64,000 bases of DNA from Oscillospiraceae bacterium (GTDB lineage: Bacteria; Bacillota_I; Bacilli_A; RFN20; CAG-288): positions 2,984 to 66,983 of the forward strand of contig CAVJZP010000003.1 in NCBI GenBank assembly GCA_963654365.1. The letters are read 5' to 3'. The position numbers and the translations under genes are program-made. Below are positions 1 through 8,624 of this stretch, in pieces (the first letter of the stretch is position 1; every line of letters begins with the position of its first letter). A model generated the notes under the pieces. That model was not told where the DNA came from. It did no database searches and was given only the letters and a program-made list of their open reading frames with translations.

Positions 1-1490
1 CCACTTGCTGATTTACGATTTTTTCCTTTTCTTCTCTCCGCTATCTCAGACTATTTTCTTTTTTTCTCAATGAAATGGTCAACATTGTGGATTCCTCCTT
101 TCTTTTTCATGACTTCAGCAGATTCGAGTTGTCCCATGCGTGGATCCTACGCTGTCATCTCCAGAGTTTTCTCATCAGGGTATTTTTTCTCAGACTACAA
201 TGACTTATTTCCATGGGCTTGGAAAAGGAAATGATTATGCCTTCTTATGAATCATCTCCCGTGCTTTCTTTCTGATGTTTGAGGCTGCGTTTTTGTCTCT
301 GTTTATCTTCTTTCCGCAATTTGGACAGATCCATTCTTTTTCATGCACTTTCAGATTCTTATTTACCACTCCGCAATGGAAGCATATCTTAGATGAAGGA
401 TACCACTTCGGTATTCGAATGATTCTTTTCCCCTCCTTCAACGCAACTTCCTGTAATATCGTTTCAAATTCATAGAAGCATTCATTGGTGATTGTCTTGG
501 CATAGGATTTTGATTCTTTCATCTTGCTCAGCTGCAATGTCTCCATTCCTACCGCCTCGTATTTATCAAAGATCTGATGGGATAGTATATAAAAATACTG
601 TCTTCTTTTCTTTTTCATCTTATCCATAGTCTTTACATATAGCATTCTTTTTCTTTCTCTGTTGTTGGATTTTGTTTCCGAGCGGATATAATTCTTCTGC
701 CTTAACTGTATTAGACGCTGTCTGTTTTTTGATGGCAGAATCATTTTCATATTCGGAACAATGGAATCATCTGTGGAAACAAAGAAATGCTTCACAGAAA
801 AATCGATTCCTAGGATATCATCAGAACCTATCTTCTTTGCTGGGGGAAGGGTGCTATAAGCGCGATCCAGAAGGAAATCGAAATAGAATTTCCTGTCGAT
901 TTCTCTTTTCAATGTCATCAGAACACATCGGCTGCTCTCGGGAAAATTTCTATGATAATGAAGTGGGAAAGCACCAAACGGAAGAAGATTCACTTCAGCC
1001 ATTTTCTCTGATGTCCGTCTGAAGCGCAGGTTGACATCACCCGGATAAAAAGAAAGGGATGCGATGGCGGAGAATGGATTTTTTGGTTTAGGAAGTTTCC
1101 ATCCTCTCGATTGTTGTCTTTCGTAGAATTGAATGGATTGTCTCAAGTAATGCATCAACGGTGAGAAATTCTTTCGGATATAGCATGCCTCTGGTCTTGC
1201 ACTCAGATTCTGATCCCATACTTTCAAGTTGATGTCTATATTTTTCGCCCCAGCTCTTCTTTCCGATGAAATGAACAGCACCATATCATTGAATAGTGCT
1301 ACATAACATCGATACAGCTCGTCAAATTGCTTCTTCTGCTCATCTTTCAGGTCGATTCGATACCTATAATTCAGAAAATTACTCATATTTCTGCCTCCTA
1401 CAAACACATATATGCGCAAAAGAAGAAAAAACGAATCTTATTTCAAAAAGTTAAATAATGTGAGTGATATAATGTTTCACGGAGAAATCA
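1..1490 (-). mobile_element. Putative IS200/IS605-family (IS1341-like) element remnant carrying only tnpB; ends not defined and the right end may lie outside the window
   Basis: The region holds tnpB, about 230 nt of non-coding 3' flank (no credible ORF on either strand) and about 100 nt of 5' flank. No tnpA is present in the window. LE/RE hairpins and the TAM cannot be assigned from a single copy. Confidence 0.4.
235..1386 (-). CDS. tnpB: TnpB (OrfB) RNA-guided endonuclease, IS200/IS605 family
   Basis: The C-terminus has a zinc ribbon (CFHCG...CPNCG). RuvC-like D/E/D motifs are present (GIDFS, GMETL, NRDKNAASNI). The start was moved to Met12 (MSNFLNYRY), 7 nt after an AGGAGG. The ORF-track ORF is 235..1419. 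Confidence 0.85.
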   Translation of the reverse strand: MSNFLNYRYRIDLKDEQKKQFDELYRCYVALFNDMVLFISSERRAGAKNIDINLKVWDQNLSARPEACYIRKNFSPLMHYLRQSIQFYERQQSRGWKLPKPKNPFSAIASLSFYPGDVNLRFRRTSEKMAEVNLLPFGAFPLHYHRNFPESSRCVLMTLKREIDRKFYFDFLLDRAYSTLPPAKKIGSDDILGIDFSVKHFFVSTDDSIVPNMKMILPSKNRQRLIQLRQKNYIRSETKSNNRERKRMLYVKTMDKMKKKRRQYFYILSHQIFDKYEAVGMETLQLSKMKESKSYAKTITNECFYEFETILQEVALKEGKRIIRIPKWYPSSKICFHCGVVNKNLKVHEKEWICPNCGKKINRDKNAASNIRKKAREMIHKKA

Positions 1491-1493
1491 GTT

Positions 1494-1838
1494 ATGAATG
1501 AAGAACAAGAAAAATTCTGTGAAAAGATAAATGATGTATTAGAAAGACTGCGTCCATTTTTGCAAAGAGAAGGTGGTGATGTCCATCTTGATCACTACGA
1601 TTTTGAAGCCAACACCTGCTATGTCAAAATGAGTGGTGCCTGCAATGGATGCTATATGGCAAGTTCCGATGTTTCAGATACGATTGCCGTCCTCCTTATG
1701 GATGAGATTCCGGAAATCAAGGATGTGCAATTAGTTCAAGAGGAACAAGAGAGCCTCGAAGATCTGATTCGAAGAATAAAAGAGCAAGAGATGGCAAACA
1801 AAGAATTAGAAGAATATAACAGAACGCATAAACAGTAA
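1494..1838 (+). CDS. NifU/Nfu-type Fe-S cluster assembly domain protein
   Basis: The 114-aa product has an Nfu C-terminal domain pattern (LRPFLQREGGDV...GACNGC). A GGAG Shine-Dalgarno lies upstream, and an extended -10 (TGATATAAT) lies about 25 nt upstream. Confidence 0.8.
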   Translation: MNEEQEKFCEKINDVLERLRPFLQREGGDVHLDHYDFEANTCYVKMSGACNGCYMASSDVSDTIAVLLMDEIPEIKDVQLVQEEQESLEDLIRRIKEQEMANKELEEYNRTHKQ

Positions 1839-1906
1839 ACGAACTAGCGAATATTCTTATCTGGTGGTTCGTCTATGTGGTACAATTTTCAATGAGGTAA
1901 ATTATC

Positions 1907-2551
1907 ATGAACGAAAAAGACACATTTATTGTTGAGACGAGTGCACATCATATTCATGTCACTCAGGAAGCTTTGGAATACCTTTTCGGCGAAGGCGCTG
2001 TCTTAGGTGTCAGAAAGGAACTTTCTCAGCCTGGTCAGTTTGCTTCCGACAAGAGACTTGATATCGTATATCACGCTTCCATCAAGAACAAGGTCACCGG
2101 TGAAATCGAGAAGAAGGATTTCACAATCAAAAACATGTCCATCTTAGGACCGGTCAGAAGTGCGAATCAGGTTGAAATCTCCATGACGGAGGCCCGTTCC
2201 TTAAAGGCAAACGTTCCTGTCAGAGAATCCGGTGACTTAGAGGGCAGCGCCCCTGTCACTTTGGTCAATCCGCTCAACGGAAAATCCCTTGACTGCAAAG
2301 AAGGCATGATCATCGCCAAGAGACATATCCATATGACTCCTGTTGATGCTGAGAAGTTTGGTGTGAAGAATGGCGATATTGTCGCTGTCAAGATTGTCTC
2401 TCCTAACGGAAGAAGTGCTGTGCTTGGTGACACTGTCATCCGCGTCTCTTCCAAATATGCTCTTGCTATGCATATCGATACTGATGAATCCAATGCGGTC
2501 GGTGGTGCAAGCACAGGCGTTGTCGGTTCTCTTGTAAAGATTGATTTCTAG
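1907..2551 (+). CDS. pduL: Phosphate propanoyl/acetyl-transferase PduL
   Basis: It has two PduL repeats with HHIHV and KRHIHM motifs, plus MHIDTDE. It aligns along its whole length with my recollection of Salmonella PduL. Confidence 0.85.
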   Translation: MNEKDTFIVETSAHHIHVTQEALEYLFGEGAVLGVRKELSQPGQFASDKRLDIVYHASIKNKVTGEIEKKDFTIKNMSILGPVRSANQVEISMTEARSLKANVPVRESGDLEGSAPVTLVNPLNGKSLDCKEGMIIAKRHIHMTPVDAEKFGVKNGDIVAVKIVSPNGRSAVLGDTVIRVSSKYALAMHIDTDESNAVGGASTGVVGSLVKIDF

Positions 2552-2574
2552 TTTTTCGATATAGGTGAATCCAA

Positions 2575-3522
2575 ATGCCGAATCTTCTTGCTCATTCTTT
2601 GATTGTAAAGCGATTTTATAATCACGAAAACGAATTGGGCCATCTAGAGAGCATTGATTCGTTCATCAAAGAAAATTACGATATGCTTGTTTTAGGATCC
2701 TTGGGTCCTGATCCATTGTTTTATGTCGGCATTTTGCCAAGAACCGGCCTTCACATTCCTACTGCATTGAAGAAGATTGGCAATAGGCTACATAAGACAA
2801 ACGGAAAGCAGTTCTTCAAGTTACTGATAGAGACATCCTATTCCATCGACAACGTTAAAGAGAAGAGAAAGTTTGAGGCTTTCATCTTCGGTCAGTTGGC
2901 GCATTACCTTCTTGACCGGGAGGCTCATCCTTACATCCTCTATGAATCAGGCTTTGATGAAGAGGGTAAGATCACGTCGCACTATCATTTCGATCACGCC
3001 TATTTTGAGACAAACATCGATTGCTCTCTGGCAAACAAATATTCCATCAGCCATTTTCTGACTTATCCGCAGGACATCATTCCGGATAACAGAAGAAATC
3101 TGGAAATCATCGACTGGAATTTGGTTCCTATCCTGGAAAAGATGTTTGACTGCCGTCTGCCAAAGCATATGTATTCCAATGCGATTCTGAACATGAAGCA
3201 TCTGTTGAAGTCGATGAATCATCATGGAAAATTCAAAGCGAAACTTCTTGGAAAGAACATTTCGCTCTCTGCAATGCATCATCCAAAGAATCCGGATGTT
3301 TCCACCTTGAACATGGATAAAAATGTATGGCTAGATCCTTGTACAGGCGAAAAGCATTCTGATTCATTCCTGGAACTTCATACTGCTGCTTTTGAGATAT
3401 TAGAAGCCTGCTATAACGATGTTCTGAAATCCGGATTCAACTATTCGACGATTGAAAAATACCTGAATGGCAAGGACTATTATGGTGCTTTGCCAGATCA
3501 GAAAAGAAAATTCAGAAAATAA
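2575..3522 (+). CDS. Zinc-dependent phospholipase C-like family protein
   Basis: The N-terminus is MPNLLAHSL, followed by GSLGPDPLFY and HYLLDREAHPYI, which are His/Asp motifs typical of that family. The assignment is by motif only. Confidence 0.55.
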   Translation: MPNLLAHSLIVKRFYNHENELGHLESIDSFIKENYDMLVLGSLGPDPLFYVGILPRTGLHIPTALKKIGNRLHKTNGKQFFKLLIETSYSIDNVKEKRKFEAFIFGQLAHYLLDREAHPYILYESGFDEEGKITSHYHFDHAYFETNIDCSLANKYSISHFLTYPQDIIPDNRRNLEIIDWNLVPILEKMFDCRLPKHMYSNAILNMKHLLKSMNHHGKFKAKLLGKNISLSAMHHPKNPDVSTLNMDKNVWLDPCTGEKHSDSFLELHTAAFEILEACYNDVLKSGFNYSTIEKYLNGKDYYGALPDQKRKFRK

Positions 3523-3601
3523 GGTGGCAAAAACCACCTTTTTTCATTCATACATTCTATTTTATGATATATTGATAGCGCCTATTCAAGGAGGATTTAT
3601 C

Positions 3602-3865
3602 ATGATCAAAGAATTCACTTATCGGCCTCATGGAACTTGTTCTTCATTGATGACCTTCAAAATCGATGATGAGACAGACAAGATTGTCGATTTCACTGTC
3701 AAAGGCGGCTGCCCTGGCAATTTATCAGGCATCCGCAAATTGATTATCGGTATGGATGCTAAGGATGTCGCTGAAAAGCTAAGTGGCGTAACGTGTGGCC
3801 CCAAATCGACTTCTTGCCCTGACCAGCTTTCAAAAGCGTTGGAATCCTATTTGTCAAACAAATGA
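3602..3865 (+). CDS. TSCPD-domain small protein (TIGR03905-like)
   Basis: The 87-aa product contains GGCPGN and a literal TSCPD motif. The start was set at MIKEF, after AAGGAGG. The upstream part of ORF 3467..3865 overlaps the previous gene and looks non-coding. Confidence 0.7.
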   Translation: MIKEFTYRPHGTCSSLMTFKIDDETDKIVDFTVKGGCPGNLSGIRKLIIGMDAKDVAEKLSGVTCGPKSTSCPDQLSKALESYLSNK

Positions 3866-3874
3866 TTTCCGACC

Positions 3875-5380
3875 ATGAATGATTTGAAAGATCAGAACCG
3901 CACTCCGTTTTTGGATGCGTTGATGGATTATGTTTCTTCTAATCCGACACCATTTGATGTACCAGGTCACAAACTTGGTTCTTTTCAGACCGATCTTTCC
4001 AGAAAAATCTCTGAGAGTTTCAGCGCCTATGATGCTAACGCACCATTAGGGCTGGATAACCTCTATAATTCCACGGGCGTGATCAAAGAAGCGGAAGCAC
4101 TTGCTGCAGAAGCCTGTCATGCGGATCACTGCCTCTTTTCAGTAAACGGAACAACTGGTGGCATCCTTGCCATCATCATGGCCTGTCTTAATGTCAAAGA
4201 CAAGATCATCCTTCCTAGGAATGTCCATAAGTCAGTCATCAACGCCCTTATCATCTCAGGTGCCATTCCAATCTTTGTCTCACCCATCATCGACCAGAAA
4301 TTAGGTGTTGCCTGCGGTGTCACTACGGATGCCTATATCGATGCCATGGATGAGAATCCGACGGCAAAGGCTATCTTTGTCATCAATCCGACCTATTTCG
4401 GCGTCGTATGTGATCTGAAAAGGGTCGTAGAAGAAGCGCACAAAAGAAATCTGATTGTTATCTGCGATGAAGCACATGGCTCCAATTTCTATTTTTCAAA
4501 GCAACTTCCTTTGTCTGCTATGGATGCTGGTGCCGATATCACTGCCATGAGCATGCATAAGAATTCTGGTTCGTTGACTCAGACTTCCTTGATTCTGACT
4601 AAAGGAGACAGAATCAACTATTCCGAGGTGAAAAGAGCCTTTGCTATGTTCTCTTCTACATCCCCTTATCACATTCTGATTGCGTCATTGGACGCTGCGA
4701 GAAAGGAGATGGCCCTCCATGGAGAAGAGATCATCCAGTCCAATCTGGACTTGGCCAGTTACGCAAGAGAGAGACTGAATCAGATCAAGGGCATCCATGT
4801 CTACGGAAAAGAATATGTGGATGAGCAGAACTCCGACGGTGTCTATAGAATCGACCTTACTAAACTTGTCATCGACGTAAGAGGATTAGGAATGTATGGC
4901 TATGAGGTCTATAAGAAGATAAGAAAAGAATACAATGTCCAGCTAGAACTTGGCGAGGTGTCTGTTGTCCTTGCTATCATTGGTCCTGGTACGACGTTAG
5001 AACACATAAACAAGCTGATTTCCGCTTTTCAAAGCCTATCTGATGAAATCGAAAGTTCACCGATCAAGCAGATTCCAGATTTTGCCTATTCCTTCCCAAG
5101 GACTTATGTACCACCTCGGGAAGCATATGATGCTCCGCACTCGGTCATTCCGCTCAGCGATTGCCTTGGTGAGATCTCCGCAGAAACAATTATGGCCTAT
5201 CCTCCCGGAATCCCGGTTGTGATACCTGGTGAATTCATCTCTCAGGATGCTTTGAATCTGATCCGTTTCTATTCAGAGGAAGGCGGTGAGGTATTGAAAG
5301 ATACAGATTCTGGAATGATCAAAATCATCGACAGGCAGAACTGGTATCTGACAGAGGAATTAGAAAAGAAGGCAAAGTAG
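3875..5380 (+). CDS. PLP-dependent Orn/Lys/Arg decarboxylase family protein (SpeA/YaaO-like)
   Basis: The 501-aa product has the PLP-lysine motif SMHKNSGSLTQTS and a fold-type I N-terminal pattern (FDVPGHK). Confidence 0.8.
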   Translation: MNDLKDQNRTPFLDALMDYVSSNPTPFDVPGHKLGSFQTDLSRKISESFSAYDANAPLGLDNLYNSTGVIKEAEALAAEACHADHCLFSVNGTTGGILAIIMACLNVKDKIILPRNVHKSVINALIISGAIPIFVSPIIDQKLGVACGVTTDAYIDAMDENPTAKAIFVINPTYFGVVCDLKRVVEEAHKRNLIVICDEAHGSNFYFSKQLPLSAMDAGADITAMSMHKNSGSLTQTSLILTKGDRINYSEVKRAFAMFSSTSPYHILIASLDAARKEMALHGEEIIQSNLDLASYARERLNQIKGIHVYGKEYVDEQNSDGVYRIDLTKLVIDVRGLGMYGYEVYKKIRKEYNVQLELGEVSVVLAIIGPGTTLEHINKLISAFQSLSDEIESSPIKQIPDFAYSFPRTYVPPREAYDAPHSVIPLSDCLGEISAETIMAYPPGIPVVIPGEFISQDALNLIRFYSEEGGEVLKDTDSGMIKIIDRQNWYLTEELEKKAK

Positions 5381-5490
5381 TAAGCGCTTTCAAATAGAAA
5401 TCGATAATTTTCGTAAATGTTCGATTATATGCTTTCCTTTCTGTCGAGAAAGCGTTTATAATATTAGTGGATAGAAAGGAGCCAGCTACC

Positions 5491-6027
5491 ATGAAAATCA
5501 CTTATGTATCCAAAGACGTCAACATTACCCCCGCCATGAAGAAAGCCGTTGAAGAGAAGTTGATGAAGTTCGATTCGCTGTTCCGTGCTTCTGATGAAGT
5601 CCGTTGTGTCGTTACACTTTCCATCCTTCCCAATCACTACAAAGCCGTTGAAGCCTCTCTTTCTACAACTGGTGTCGACTTAAGAGCCAAGGTCATCGCA
5701 GATGACTTCTACAACGCACTCGATCTGTTGGTCGAAAAGCTGAATGGTCAGATGCGCAAGATGAAGACCCAGTGGAAAAAAGCCCATAAGACTCATTCCT
5801 TGTCTGAGAACTTCATCATGGACGACATCTTGGAAGATGATGCTGTTGCAGAGATCGTCAAGAAAAAGAAATTGTCACTTGCTCCTATGGATGTAGACGA
5901 GGCACTCACAAGAATGGATGCCTTGGGACATAAATTCTTCATCTATTTGGATTCTTCTACCGATTTGGTCAATGTCATCTACGAAAGAGATGACGGAACC
6001 TATGGCCTTATCGAAATCGATCAGTAA
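5491..6027 (+). CDS. hpf: Ribosome hibernation promoting factor, long form
   Basis: It has an S30AE/YfiA N-domain (MKITYVSKDVNITPAMK) plus the C-terminal dimerisation domain (FFIYLDSSTDLVNVIYERDDGTYGLIE). The start is at the ATG after AAGGAG. Confidence 0.85.
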   Translation: MKITYVSKDVNITPAMKKAVEEKLMKFDSLFRASDEVRCVVTLSILPNHYKAVEASLSTTGVDLRAKVIADDFYNALDLLVEKLNGQMRKMKTQWKKAHKTHSLSENFIMDDILEDDAVAEIVKKKKLSLAPMDVDEALTRMDALGHKFFIYLDSSTDLVNVIYERDDGTYGLIEIDQ

Positions 6028-6038
6028 CCCCCTTTTAT

Positions 6039-6070
6039 GGAAGCGGCACCTGCCGTTTCCTTTTTTCTTT
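6039..6070 (+). terminator. Rho-independent terminator of hpf
   Basis: GC-rich hairpin GGAAGCGGCA-cc-TGCCGTTTCC followed by TTTTTTCTTTT. Confidence 0.7.
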
Positions 6071-6144
6071 TCCCTATTTAAAAGTAATTATCATTTGGTA
6101 TAATAGTATTTAGCCTTGTGTGCTTTTTCAAGTGAGGAAAATCT

Positions 6145-7032
6145 ATGAACGATGAAGAAAAGAATGTGATGACTATCGTCACTATTGCCCGTATTGTAGA
6201 GTCTACATTATGGTATTGCTTACAGCCGAGAAATACTGCTGGCTTCGATGTCAACGAGAGAAAATCCCGCTACAACGCATTGGTTGCATTGACGCAGGAA
6301 GGTTCTCCGTTTGCAATGAACTGCGATACGAACGGTGATGCTGGCAAGACTCTGAAAGAGGATATGCAGTATTTCATCGAGGATGTTTATGGTGACCCTG
6401 GAAGAATCGTCACCCTTACGATCGATGGGAAGTTGAATGTAGAACAGTCTTTGATCATCGAGATGTTCTCTACCATCGTCAAGCTCCGCGGCCTTTTGGA
6501 GGCTTTCATGATCGCTGCAAAGAAATCTTTGAAGGAAAGGGGAAAGCTCGAGACGGATTTCGAAGAGCTCATCAATGAGGACATCCGCTTCTTCCACGCT
6601 TTTGCCGGAAAAATTTCCTGCATGCTCATCTCGGACAAGTTCTTGGAACTGAACAACAACGCCAACACTTATGCTCAGTCCTATTCCAAGGAGCATAATG
6701 GCATCGATCCGCACAAGGATCCGGAGTTTGATCCTAGAAACGATCCTTCCTTCCGTATGTTGGAGAATGAATTCCATCAGCTCAACCAGGATATGGTCGC
6801 TGTTTTGAATTCCTACGGTGAGAACGATGAGGAATTCCGTTTTGCCCGTGAAGCAGTCTATTCTGACTGTGAAATCTTCACTGGCAAGAAGCAGACAACG
6901 GATCCGAAGAAATATTTTGAACTATTCAGTTCTTATTTTGATAAGATATTGAATGCGACTCAGAACGATCTGAACAAGAGATTTGCCGATATCGGCGAAA
7001 AGATGAGAAAAGCAGAAAACGGAGAAAACTGA
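6145..7032 (+). CDS. Hypothetical cytoplasmic protein; first gene of an envelope operon
   Basis: The 295-aa ORF has a GAGG Shine-Dalgarno, no TM segment and no motif I recognise. Its stop lies 1 nt before the next start. Confidence 0.6.
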   Translation: MNDEEKNVMTIVTIARIVESTLWYCLQPRNTAGFDVNERKSRYNALVALTQEGSPFAMNCDTNGDAGKTLKEDMQYFIEDVYGDPGRIVTLTIDGKLNVEQSLIIEMFSTIVKLRGLLEAFMIAAKKSLKERGKLETDFEELINEDIRFFHAFAGKISCMLISDKFLELNNNANTYAQSYSKEHNGIDPHKDPEFDPRNDPSFRMLENEFHQLNQDMVAVLNSYGENDEEFRFAREAVYSDCEIFTGKKQTTDPKKYFELFSSYFDKILNATQNDLNKRFADIGEKMRKAENGEN

Positions 7033-7033
7033 T

Positions 7034-7393
7034 ATGAAAGACAAGAAAGAGAATAAAAAGTCCAGAAAACTATTCACGGGCGAAATCGTATGGTACAGCA
7101 TTCTCGGTGCCATTTGGGTTACCGGTCTTGTTTTTGCCATTCTCGGTGTCTGTGCCTATAACATTGGCAAACTGAACACCAATCCTCTTTATGCGCTTCA
7201 GAAATCCTTTGCTACCTTCTTCAAAATGAGCGGCGTCATGGATTTCCGTCTCTGGGGAACTCTTGCCATGATCATTGCCATGATCGGCCTTCTCATTGTC
7301 ATTTTCTACTATACCAACAAGACAGTCCAGGAAGAGAACAAGAGAAGAAGATACGAAGAACGTATGCGTATCTTGATGGAATCTGACAAATAA
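7034..7393 (+). CDS. Hypothetical small membrane protein (2 predicted TM helices)
   Basis: The 119-aa product has two hydrophobic stretches and a basic C-terminal tail. The gene is tightly coupled to the upstream gene. Confidence 0.6.
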   Translation: MKDKKENKKSRKLFTGEIVWYSILGAIWVTGLVFAILGVCAYNIGKLNTNPLYALQKSFATFFKMSGVMDFRLWGTLAMIIAMIGLLIVIFYYTNKTVQEENKRRRYEERMRILMESDK

Positions 7394-7497
7394 GCAGAAA
7401 ATAGTTTTTTTGAATAACAATTGACCATTTTGTTGAAAGAAGATATGATACCTATACAGCACTATCATTCGTTTTGGGTGCTGAACTTTAAGGTATT

Positions 7498-8610
7498 ATG
7501 AGAAAAAACAAAAAAGAAACAGATTCAACTGAAAAAGAAAGCAATCCCGATAACGCAAAGAAAAAGACAAAAAAGTCCACTATCATCATCTCTACTGTCA
7601 TCAGCGTCATCTCTTGTAGTGTTGGCGTGATCGGCGGGTATGTCCTATATAACAATATCAATCCGGAACAGGATGCCATCGTCATCGAGAAGGATAAATC
7701 ATACGACAAAGATAAAATTGAGGCTTCATTGACGGCTGGAACGATTGCCGATGATTATAGTGAGAATTCCTATATCCTTATCAATTATGCCTGTGATTTG
7801 TACGCAGACACTCCTTATACCCTGACATTAGGCAAAGGTGTTGTTCAGGCCGCCGCCGGTGTCAAACAATCCATTTTAAGCACAACATATAGTTATCCGG
7901 AGGGTGTCTTCAACCAGAAGGTTTCCTCCTCTTCTATCGTAAGCACGGCAGATCGGTATTACGATACCAACGACAACAACGTGAAGGCATACGAATGCAA
8001 GAGCGAAGACGAATGGAAAAAAGATGGTTTGGAATCCAAGACATACACTTACGACCAGTACATCCAGTCCTTTGGAAAATTATTGCAAGGGACATACTAC
8101 TGCATCGATAAAAGCGATGTCTCCGATGAGGAACCGATACCGGAGAAATTCCTGACTCTGAGCAAAGATGAATACACCGCCTCTACTGAAGAGAGCAAGC
8201 ACAAACGAAGCGGAGTCATCGGTTACTCGTTGACAAACAAATCAGTCAGCAAGTCTCAAATCAGCAAGACGGATAGCGGATACCATGTCGAACTGGATCT
8301 GAATGTCAGCTATGCTGTATCCTATGTTCAGGTTCAGATGAAAACGACAGGAAGATTAAAATCTCGTCCTCAGTTTTCAAGTTGTAAACTTACTTTTGAC
8401 TTGAGCACCGAGTTAAAACTTGTCTCGTCTGTCTTCCATGATGAATATCGTGTCAACACAGGCGGACTTGTTACGAATGCGATTTCTGACCTGAATCAGA
8501 TCTATCTGACAGGCACGACAAACACCATTGAAAATGATGGTAAATCCGTTGCTGTGAAAGTCCCTGAGATAACTGAGGACTTCAACGGTTACGAATTGAT
8601 GAATATTTAG
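7498..8610 (+). CDS. Hypothetical membrane-anchored extracellular protein
   Basis: The 370-aa product has a basic N-terminus, a single TM helix (STIIISTVISVISCSVGVIGGYVLY), then a polar ectodomain. Confidence 0.6.
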   Translation: MRKNKKETDSTEKESNPDNAKKKTKKSTIIISTVISVISCSVGVIGGYVLYNNINPEQDAIVIEKDKSYDKDKIEASLTAGTIADDYSENSYILINYACDLYADTPYTLTLGKGVVQAAAGVKQSILSTTYSYPEGVFNQKVSSSSIVSTADRYYDTNDNNVKAYECKSEDEWKKDGLESKTYTYDQYIQSFGKLLQGTYYCIDKSDVSDEEPIPEKFLTLSKDEYTASTEESKHKRSGVIGYSLTNKSVSKSQISKTDSGYHVELDLNVSYAVSYVQVQMKTTGRLKSRPQFSSCKLTFDLSTELKLVSSVFHDEYRVNTGGLVTNAISDLNQIYLTGTTNTIENDGKSVAVKVPEITEDFNGYELMNI

Positions 8611-8624
8611 AAAGGAGAGCGATT

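Noticed and set aside
1-234. Plus-strand frame 1 is open from the window start to 234, giving an F-rich 77-aa product.
   Set aside because: It is a poly-Phe/Ser low-complexity translation of a T-rich strand with no start context. More likely it is the non-coding 3' flank of tnpB.
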